Source: Euprymna scolopes
Taxonomy: Eukaryota
Assembly (NCBI GenBank): GCA_053919585.1
Contig: CM132788.1
Strand: one strand, 5' to 3'
DNA length: 64,000 nt
Shown: positions 26,709-37,012 of the stretch, one piece after another
Position numbering within the stretch: position 1 is the stretch's first letter
Layout of the letters: every line of letters starts with the position of its first letter
Notes under the pieces: model-generated
What the model was told of the DNA's origin: nothing
The model's input: the letters and a program-made list of their open reading frames with translations, nothing else
Databases searched by the model: none
Position numbers and translations under genes: made by a program

Positions 26709-27139
26709 CTTAGAATTCTTCATCCAAACTCGTCGGCCTCACATTTGCGAGCAATATTAGCTGATACAAATACATCCAGGACATTGGTAAACTGCTGCAA
26801 AGAATGTGAGTTCTCTCTATCAAGCTAGAATACTAGCACACCTGAGAGTATCCTGTATCACTACAAGGCTACCATTCGACTACGAATTGCGTATAATTAA
26901 CACTTGCCATTCATTTGTGAATAGGCCTCAGAAAATTTTTCGATCTGATATGTCTCACTTTGTCAACTAACGTCCAACCCTCACCCCATAGACGCATGCG
27001 GCATCTTAGTGGTTTAAGAAACATTTCAATGGAATGTGCGCAGAGTTACTCGTTGCACTTTTCCATTCGAGGTACCCATCCTCGGCAAACCTGCTTTAAA
27101 ACAAAACCACACCTTTTCACTCTTGGGGCCGCTAAATAC
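26709..27139 (-). pseudogene. Degenerate exon, putative UPA-like beta domain following ZU5
   Basis: Acceptor TTTTAG and donor AAG|GTATGC; multiple stops and frameshifts; 26840-26900 is homologous to 54046-54110. Confidence 0.45.
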
Positions 27140-28199
27140 CTAAAATCGTCCATTATAATAGTTTTTCCCATCGACAGCAAGTGATGGGAATCCCGTTTCT
27201 GTAACGGATACTTTACTAAGTGCGTCATTAAATAAATCAATATGATAGATTAAGCATTATTTTACGTAATATAACACGTGTCGAAATAAATTTAATGAAG
27301 TGTTTATTATATATAAAGCATCACTGAAGTAGTACCATACCCCCTTTTCTCACCCATTTAATATGAATTCTTTTAGCACTGATTTTAATAAGATTCAAGC
27401 TGAAGATTGTGTTTAAATGAAAATCTAATCAAATTAATTTTAATTTTATTAAACACAATAAACATATTCAGTTCTCTTCTTAAAAGTTCGATTGCCACTT
27501 CATTTTATGCAGAATTTTTTGCAGTTATTAAAGGATACAAGTTTCCCACTATTAATTTGTAATTTCTAAAAATATAATAAAAGTTAAGCAAATAAGTTTT
27601 TTTAAGGAAAAAGAGCAGACATATTAATAGCCATCGGCATACAGCAACGTGAGGGTAGCTGTTTAATTTATTTGCCATTTGTAACATTGTAAGGAAATTA
27701 ATCGAGAAATAAAGGGAGGTGTGTAAATTATATTGTAGACGCGTTTTACTGGAAATGAGGGTCAGCTGATCGGTTTTGCTTGTGAGTCACGTGATCAGGT
27801 TTGCTGGTATCGGGAGTTGGATTTGGGACGTAGACTAGAGTAGAGGGCTTTACGGGTCGTCTCCTCCCCTTTAATCGAGGGGGGCGAGCTGACGTGTGTT
27901 AAAATAAGACCTTGCCGTCGCAAGCAAAGAATTCACTTTCTTTTCTTCTGCGATCGATCTGGAAGGTGAATAAAAACTATAAAACCAATTCATCGTCTTG
28001 GAGTAAATGAATATTCGTCCAAAACAGGTCCAGTATCCCCGCCAAAACAAGATGAATTCCAAGTGGAAGATCAACGACGCATTAAGAAGGTATATAAAAA
28101 TACCTGTACCACACACGCACACACACAAACCTATGAAAAATTAGATATGAACATTCATTATTACTGACCTATGTTGGCAGAATGTCTGTTGCACATGTT

Positions 28200-28770
28200 T
28201 AAGGTTTAGGTCTTTAGTGCCTCATTGGCTCGTTTACTCTAGTACATGACGAACTTGGGAACCTATCTTCCAGCAAGAAGTGTAACCCTGCACGCCTTTT
28301 TGGTGTGTGGTACAATAATTTTTGAATACACCAAATGTTTGGAATGCTAGAGATTTTCGAAAATAACCCGTTCTTATTTTCTAGTAAGCACTTGATTAAG
28401 TAAGGATGTGCTACGGTAGTTAAAAACCAGTGACATCTAGATTGATACTCATCGTCTTTTGCGGCCTTTGAACAGTCTCTGAGGAACAATTGCTTTATCT
28501 GAAAGTCTCAGCTGGTCGGTACAGGTGAAACCTGTTTGATCTGAAACGATGGACATTCGAGCAAGTTCACCATACGCCGGCGTAGTGTTTCTGCAATAGC
28601 GAGTTTTAAGATTCCGCCATTAAAGATATATGGCTTTCTACTGTGAGGCTCATCAAGGAGAGACAAATGGCCTGACCAGAATTTTATAAACCCACGCCTT
28701 GAAGTACATTCATCAATAGTATTATCCGCAAACGCTAGACATCTTCCGCAACTTGAGGCAGCTAATGCTT
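28200..28770 (-). pseudogene. ZU5-like domain exon with an internal stop
   Basis: About 180 codons in one frame with a single TGA (28508-28510): CLAFADNTIDECTSRRGFIKF...GILKLA...QLFLRDCS...HWFLTTV...ISSIPNIWCIQK. The ZU5 resemblance was judged by eye. Confidence 0.45.
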
Positions 28771-30619
28771 AGCTCATATTTTACTTGTTAAGCAAACAGC
28801 CCAAAACGAGATCTCAAAATATGTTCATCTTTCTCACAACTGATCAGATTATAACTCATAGCGTGCGCTTTGTATAACGTGTGATGTTTCGACTTTTGGT
28901 TACCCTAATTTAATAATAACTTCTATACTCATTTTGTAGATATTTAAATTTCATTAATAGACAATCTGAAACATATACAACTGTGTTGTTACTTAGTACA
29001 CATATTTTGCCAACTCGGGGTAATACATTAATTATTGTTACATATTTTACACTTGTAGCAAATAAACAAGATTTAGAAGTAAAGAGAAAACTTGATAAAT
29101 ATAATACTTACAACTATCTGCCTGTTTTGGAAGCACACACCATCATATGAACGGAACTGAAAGATCGAATCCAAAAAGAACTTATGTAGAAGATATAAAA
29201 AGGTATTAGTCCATCGATGTCATATACTGTATGTCAATAATAAACACCGACGATAAACCCCCTAGAATTTAGAAAGCCATGCACGTAAGAAATCAATGTC
29301 GATTAACTAAACTTCAGTTGAAGTAGATTTTCAAATAAAATAAAAATAATAATCAAAAAGTTATATGAGCGCAGCGGACAAACCTACAATAAATTGAATA
29401 AGCTGACATTCCCCTACCGCAAACGAACATGACAAGAGGGTGGAAAACCGAGAGGAGAAATCACCAATTATACCTCCACTCGAAGCTTGAAGACAGTTAT
29501 TGACATTTACTTTCTAAATCAATGCAAAGGACTCAAAGACTCAATTTAATAGTAAACTGATGATGCGATAAAATCAAATTATTTAGAGAGGTTATCGAAA
29601 AAAGTAGATATTGATGAAAATCCGGGAATATATATTGTCACTCACACTCTAGGAAACACTAATATTTATGTTTAGTAAGCAATCAGTGATAATAACTTCT
29701 GCTTAAACAACCCAGACTCCAGAGTAAACCACCATTGGTTGTCTATGGGTAATCTGAGGATGACCGGGGGATAAAGTTAGTTCAAGTAAAAGACTAGAAT
29801 CAGTGGTTAAGAAAATGGTATTTGAAAAGCGGAACTGAATTGCTACTTATTTCTGTACAAAACAATGTGATTAAAATTAAGTAAATCCAACTCCATAAAC
29901 GTGATCTAGAAAGGTAAGCTATGTCTAGTTTCAGAACAGTTTCCGATGGTTCGTTGTTCCACACAAGTCTTGAGAGGTGACTGGTTTGCAGTAGACAGTT
30001 CAACAGATCAAAAGATTTTTACGGAAAAACACATGCGTAAATTGCTACTGAGAAAAGTTAAATATTTATGGAGCAATTCTGGTTTCTGATTGGTTGGTTG
30101 CAGGACGTGAATTAATTCGATCCGTCAGTTCCATCAGCATCGTTTATAAATAGAATCGCCGAACTGTGTGGGAAAATACATCATTATATTCCCAAAATAT
30201 TGTACCCCCCCATTTTTTTATAATGGGGAAGTCCCTTGTGTTCGTTCTGCTCCAAAATAAATATATATCTTTATATTCAATTATACATAAGAAACATTAG
30301 AAAACATTTGGATCTTAGAATTTTAGCATGTAAAATACGCCATTTTTAATTGTGTTCAAATGTCAAAACAGATATACATGTGTACAGAGAAGAGTAATAA
30401 AAGTAGTTACGTCATGGGCGGGGGACGTGATGGATTATTTCATTTTTCCATTCCCAAGCCACTCCCATAACCTTTTTTATATTAAAAGCTATTAGTAATT
30501 CTTCCGTTTCGGATCGAGCATGATGGACCGGTTGCCTATCTTTTTCGAATAGACCGTCTTAATTCAGGTGTTGTTTAGGAAGTTTCCGGATAAAATGTTT
30601 AGAAGTAGTGTCGATCGGT

Positions 30620-33500
30620 TATTCCTCCAACGGTATTCTATAGCTAGTGTCATCTGTGCGACATGTTAATAAGTTTTGGTGAGGCTTATGGGTACGTCTA
30701 GGGGTTTTACACGATATATACTGTATCCTCGACTCTTTTACAGATCGTATCCACGTCATAGGATGAGGTGCTTTTTGTGTAACTTTTGAAGAGAACTCTC
30801 TCTCTCTCTCTTTCTCTCTCTTGCTTTCTTTCTCTCTCTTTCTCCTGGCACGGAACGTTTACTGCGTCTGCAAGTTGCCATATGTGGTCCTGACTCTTTT
30901 TAAGGGTTTGTTAAAAGCGAATCTCACCTTCCGCGCAAACATATTTTCCGCTTGTGGGACCACTGTTTGGGTGTTACAATTAGGTGACATTTTGTACGCA
31001 TGTACGAACTTTTGAAAGGGGTCATCTACTGGTGTCCATTGAACCTGCTTTAGTGCTGTCTTTATAGTGTCCATTAAAATCCCCTGAGCCATTAGATTTT
31101 GCGTGATATTGGGAGTGATTATCTCTTATATTTCGAACGAGTTGCAAAAACATTTGACATCTGCAGGCGTGATCTAAGTTCCATTATTACTCACGATGCA
31201 GCTTACTACACCAAAACGAGCAAAACCTTCATGTAAGCAAGTTTATTATTGTCCGAGTTGTCGATTTTATTTTACAATTGAATATATCAGGCCACTTGGT
31301 GTAGCTTTAGACTACGTTTAAGTAATAGTGGTCGTCGAGCGGACCTGAAACGTCGATATAAAATTTAGAGTACTCCATGTAATGTTTCTCTATGTTAGAC
31401 CAGTAGATCCAGCTAACCATTACGCTTTTAATTCAGTTTTTTCAGAGCGTCCTGGATTAAATTCCTGCAAGAATTCGTTTCTGGAGAATTCTTGGAATAG
31501 CCCCTATTTCGCCATATAGTAACACCTAGTCGCAAAGCAAGAATACTTAATGAACATTAATCTCCATTATGGCGATTTGTTTATGTCGCAGATAAAGTCG
31601 TCCTTATCTGTTTCTTTTTTAAATTTCAGGTTCGGATACCTGAAAGTCTCTCACAATGTGTTGCCTATCAGTTTTTATTTCGCAGTCAGTACGACGAACC
31701 ACAATGATTGAATCCTACAAAAGGTTCCTTTCCACACATATTAATCTAGATAAGCTATCAGCGTACCTAATTTGTTTTGATAACAACTACTCCGCTGTAA
31801 AATTATAGGCTATCAGCGTAGCTAATTTGTTTTGATAACAAGTACTCTGGTGTAAAATTATAATTCCATAACATTGTACCCCTTACTTGCAGTTTTTTTT
31901 GTAATATACGTCTGTAAGCATTTTCTTAAATAAGAAAAGCATAAGCAACGGCGTATGGTCTGTTTGCAACGTAAATTTTCTGCCATGTGAATATCTACAA
32001 AAATTCGTTGTAGCGAATCTGATGTGCAATGCCTCCTTTTCAACATGCAAGTACTGTCTCCCGGATGGCAGTATCTGTCTGGATGCATGGGCGCAGATTT
32101 TTTGATACCCTCGGGCATTATATAAAATATACATGTCCCAACACTATATGAGCTTGCATCGCTCGCTACCATTATTTTCGGGCTTGAATCATAGTATGTG
32201 AAAAAAAGTCCGATGTAAATGTGTCCAAAACAACGTAAGACGCAATTTCATTCCAGGTCTTTTATTTCTAAAGTAATTCGTTCATTGAGACGTGCACGTA
32301 ATGCATGTTTTTTTTTTTAATGAAAACTTGATAGTAGTTCGCCATTCCCAGAAAACATTCCAGTTTTTTAACATTATCTGAGAAAGGCATTTCTTTATGG
32401 CTTCTTCCCTTTCATTTTGATCAATTATGTGGCCTATGTATTTTATCAAGTTCATGAGAATGGCACACTTATCTTCCCTTACTTTAAAACCGAAGCTTGA
32501 AATTCTTTATAAAAATATTATATATGTGTTGGCGATGCTCGGTTGTGGCAATGACGTTGTCGTCCAAGTAGGCGCAAATGATGTTCATGCCGCCTGGCGG
32601 GGTGTCCATGACCTGTGCAAAAATCGAAGGTGCGTCTTTAACTTGAAAGTTAACCTCTAAAACTTGTAGAGTACCATGCGCGTATTAATGCAGAGGAGCC
32701 TAGAACTGTTCTCTAAGACAGGGGTATGTAAGTGCCTGTCGTTTCAATTTACCTTAACAAAAAATTACTACCGTTTAGTTTGAATAAATACTCTAGTGTT
32801 AACAGGGGATGGTGGTACTCTTTAACAGCTTCATTGAGACCCATTGAGAAATCTGCGCTACATGAATCTGATTGGTATTTTATATAACTTATATGGTATG
32901 TGCTTCCCGACCTTTAGTGGCGTTATTTTAAATTTTTCCATTTTCCAGGTTCCTTTTAGATCTCTGCCCAGTTCTCTGTAGTTTCCCTGATTCTCCGGTT
33001 CCTTATTCCTCATTCTGTGGTTTGCTAGAACCTCAAAATCTAACATCTGGCAGAATTTGTCCTTCTTGTTAACTATTATGATATCCGATCTCCTTAGATT
33101 GGATGGGTGTGTATATATATATGCCTCATAGGATCTTTTTACTTTCATATTTCAGTACTTTTGCTGTGCTTTGCTTGTTCCTCTTGTCTATTTGTTCAGT
33201 ATGCAATTGATAGTGCTCACTCTCGATAGTATCTAGGGCTTTTTTAGCCGATCCAGTTCCTCATCGATGCTCTCAAATACCGCAAACGGAACGTTCGTTT
33301 CTCCTTGAGAACATTTAGGATGTTTTTCTTTAAGTCGAATCTGGCTATTGACTAAGCATATCAGTCGTTGTGAAACCGCGTATGCGTCCTCTACATTAGG
33401 GCAGAATGTGTTCTTAGGGTTAATCCCACAATTAAAAATCACTCCATTTAATCCACCCAGAAGTGTTTTCGGATGTCTTCTGCACATACACTTTAACATT
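30620..33500 (-). mobile_element. Ty3/Gypsy pol remnant (RT-RNase H-integrase), interrupted by an R4-like fragment
   Basis: VPFAVFESIDEELDRL (RT N-term, ~33240-33295), ICAYLDDNV (~32553-32579), FLGMANYY, VASDASSYSVG, VEKEALHIRF..GRKFTLQTDHTPLL (RNase H) and integrase-like remnants at 30.7-31.4 kb. Confidence 0.9.
32770..33200 (-). mobile_element. R4/Dong-like non-LTR retrotransposon 3' fragment (restriction-like endonuclease)
   Basis: RRSDIIIVNKKDKFCQMLDFEVLANHRMRNKE..NQGNYRELGRDL..W fits the RPD-x12-D...K..Y pattern of the RLE domain. Confidence 0.75.
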
Positions 33501-34843
33501 TTTTCCTAGAGATATTAAACGTCACATTGATGGTCATTTCTCCGTCAAATTTCACTTCATCGCATGTCACTACTCGAGCTAACTTATTTGTCGTTCGAAC
33601 GGTTGTTTTTTTTTTTTTCAAACTTTTCCTTGTGTGTAGGTTGATAATCGACAAATCTGAGCCGGAGCCGAAGTGTATCTTTACTATCTTTCGGATTTGA
33701 CATTCACTTATTTCTGATGGGTTTTTTCAACTTTCCAGTCGAATTTTGTCTCAATGAACCCGATGGCTTTTATTCTGTTTGCGATGCGACTGTTATTGCC
33801 TTTTTTGTAACACTCATAGTATGTTTTGTCTTGCGGACCAATGCTGTCCGGCGCAACCGTTGCAATGTATTGTAGGGGAATTTGGTTTTCTGATTGGATA
33901 GGCACTCTTTGGTTATGCCTGATTTTTCTCATCGTTGTTTTCCGCCCATGAGCGTAAGCCTTTAGTCTGAAACGAGTTCTTCGCACCTATGACGGTCCTG
34001 ATTCCTCAATGTTTCGATAGTCGTTTTTACACTAACTACACGCTGGCAATCCTCAGCCAACGTCTGGAAAGCAAACCCTTTTTCGCCTTCGATTCTAGGT
34101 AGGAGTCGTAGTCTTATGTTTGAGGGTTTTTTTATTGCTGAGATAAAACCTTTTGCAAAAATAACACATTCGAAATCCCCCGCTAGTATTACAGCAAGCC
34201 GAACGTCGACGCAGTATTTATTAACAATATAGGCAAAGTGATAAAGGTCTTTGTCATCGCGTTTTACCAGGTAAACACACTTCCATTTGTGAAAAAGTGT
34301 CTCATTCGGGCGGAAAAATTCAGATAAAAGTTTAACCGCTCAGGAGAATGCCATCTCGCGTGTCTTCCTTGGTAAAATATTGTCAATGAACTTACTGTGT
34401 GTAGCGGTTTTTAGCTACCGTAGAAATATGCGGACTTTTTCTTGAATTACTCCGTTCGCGGAAGGCAACAGTAAATAAGTCCTTGTATCTCCTATAAAAA
34501 AGCGTCAAACGTCATTTCGTTCTCGGGTAGGTAGTTAAAGTTATCGATGGAATTTCATATGGTTATGCCATCACTGTGTTCTGTCTTATAAAAATGCTTC
34601 CTTTTGTCTCTTCTATTTAAGTAGCAACTTTGCGGCTTGTTCTTTCTGTTGAAGTTGTCATTTCTCCTCCAACATTGTAATTTTGTTTGTTATTAGAGTT
34701 GGTCTTTCAATTTTTCCTCCAACTATTGCGTAATTATGTCCTTAAAGTCTTCCATATTTGATATCGTTCTACAAATATCTATCTGAAACTGGATAAAACA
34801 TCTCGATGTTGCAAAAAAATGTATTTTATTTTATTTTATTTTT

Positions 34844-34847
<4 letters not shown>

Positions 34848-34897
<50 letters not shown>
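34848..34897. repeat. (GT)n microsatellite
   Basis: Pure GT run. Confidence 0.98.
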
Positions 34898-34901
<4 letters not shown>

Positions 34902-36622
34902 CAGGAGAAGGAATAGGTTTCCAAAGATTAACTGGAGCAAAAATGACATTCTTTGCCTGATAGTAAAATTTAATAATATTTCCACGTTTCAATGAAAATA
35001 TAAGGTTCACTTGCACTAACAATCAGGTAAAGCAAAATATATTGTCAAAATTTGAGACATAAAACTAGAATTATGCAATTTTCCAGTTCATAGGAATGCA
35101 TTATTATTTTCAACGAAAGTTAGGAGAAAGAGAAATATATTAAAAATCTGCGTAGAGAAAAATTGAAAAGTTTCAGTTTGCAATGAATTGCTCTAAACAA
35201 GTCAATTAAGAGACACATGCGCAAAATTAGGTCGGCCTTTAGAAATGAACCCTTCCGTTTTTTCCAAAAAGGGACAATTGCGTTTTTCAAACTGAAAGTC
35301 TAATTTGCATTAAAGTAGACAGTTTTATATATAACATAGGCTAATTGCTTCTTGTGTTCACAACTCAGAGTTTATAGTATGTTTACTTATTCGTTTTTAT
35401 TAAAAAGTGAAATATAATTTCTAACTATTTACAGTTTATGAATACATGCCGGAGCTTTTTTCAAATACAATTTTTTCCCATCTATCAAAGAAAAACATTA
35501 CCAAAACGTCTGTTTTACTGTTTATGTTCGTAAAATGACAAAAAGATTTTACTTTGAATTTCGTTCAAATTTCTTGCGTTTAAAACCTCGGATTAATTGC
35601 ATTTTTTCTTTTTCCTTTTCTTTTTATTTCAACATACTCTTCAATTAAACTGTTTCGAATAGTCGCTTACAAAATATTTTGTGTAAAGCTGAGTTTTTCT
35701 CGTCGTCAAATTGTTTTGGGGGTTTATTGTGTCAGTATGAAAACCTCGTTTTTAAATGTTGAGGCATTTGTGGTTGAATAAATAACGAGGACGATACAGT
35801 GGCAATTAAATAAATATGCATAAAAAAACGTTAATTCAGCAATTTATTTGCTCACTGCTGGACTGGTCGTGACGACCATACTCTCTGCGTGTCTGTCTAC
35901 ACTTTTTTGGTACACCGGTTCTAGTTCCCTGGAAATTACGCCATCGGCGTACGTCAGGTCATTGAAAAATTCATTACTCCAAGTAATAGGGTATGTGTCG
36001 CAAAGTTAGGAAGTGGAAGAAAGAGAGATTATGTATATACATAAGCACGGCAGGTTGTGTAAGAACGAAAAAAAGAACTAAAAACACAACTAAATTGATG
36101 TTTACAAAATAGTAGGTTAAGAAGAAACATAAGGGGACGAAATGTTATTGCATTCTCAGGCGCAACGGAACACACACACACACACACGCATTGACGAACT
36201 AAAATCAATTCAATTTTCAGTAAGAGAAGGAAATGAAGGAAAGTAACCTATTTACACATACTATGATCCAATATAGTTTCAAAACACAGCAGTCCGACAG
36301 CTACAATCCACTCTAAGAGTGATATGTATGGCATGAACACGCACACATATAAAAATCCACACATATCGCATAAAGAACGCAAGTCGACGGTAGCTGAGCA
36401 GCGACTTGGTTTCCACCAGTTTTGGCAAATAACAAACAGCATCCTGAACAGAAGCCTGTGCTCTATCCCAACTCTAATAAATGGACCGGAGATAATCTCT
36501 TCAGCATCAGACAAAGCCAAACTCTTTGCCAAGAAGTTTGCAGCTTATTCTAACATTTTCGACTAATGCTGCCAACCTCCAACATTTTCTCCTGTATGAG
36601 AAAATGTGATAAAATATATTTA

Positions 36623-36681
36623 TAGTCATCGACATACATTCCTGTTTCGTTGTATCACAACTCATCAGTGGCGCTAGACTA
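36623..36681 (-). ncRNA. Type I hammerhead ribozyme, copy 1
   Basis: TAGTC-TAG-CGCCA-CTGATGA-GTTGT(GAT)ACAAC-GAA-ACA(GGAA)TGT-A-TGTCG-AT-GACTA: full core, stems II and III, and an extended stem I with an internal loop. Predicted GUA cleavage between 36635 and 36634. Confidence 0.88.
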
Positions 36682-36877
36682 GCACCTATCCCAAGCCGAG
36701 GGACTAATCTGTGCGAATGTCTATTTAAATAAACATCCGGCCGCTACTTGTAAAGTGCTCAAACGCTTGTTTGTAAACAAACAGCGAGCTTCGCATTTTT
36801 CAGCCAAATTAAGAAGCGAGTGATATTATTTACGGCAGTGCTCAATCCAAAGAGGGGGGCTTTATAAAATATATTTG

Positions 36878-36936
36878 TAGTCATCGACGTACAGTCGTGT
36901 TTCATTGTATTACAACTCATCAGTGCCGCTAGACTA
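36878..36936 (-). ncRNA. Type I hammerhead ribozyme, copy 2
   Basis: TAGTC-TAG-CGGCA-CTGATGA-GTTGT(AAT)ACAAT-GAA-ACA(CGAC)TGT-A-CGTCG-AT-GACTA. The first stem I pair is mismatched; predicted cleavage after 36890. Confidence 0.82.
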
Positions 36937-36943
36937 GCACCTA

Positions 36944-37012
36944 TCCCAAGCCGAGGATCGGACCTAGAACCATCGTGATGACAGTCGGCAGTTCTACCCC
37001 TCGACCAGGGAA
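36944..37012 (-). promoter_or_regulatory. tRNA(Asp/Glu)-derived Pol III promoter within the retrozyme
   Basis: TTCCCTGGTCGAGGGGTAGAACTGCCGACTGTCATCACGATGGTTCTAGGTCCGATCCTCGGCTTGGGA: A-box-like TGGTCGAGGGG, CTGTCA anticodon loop (GTC) and B-box-like GGTCCGATCC. Confidence 0.65.
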
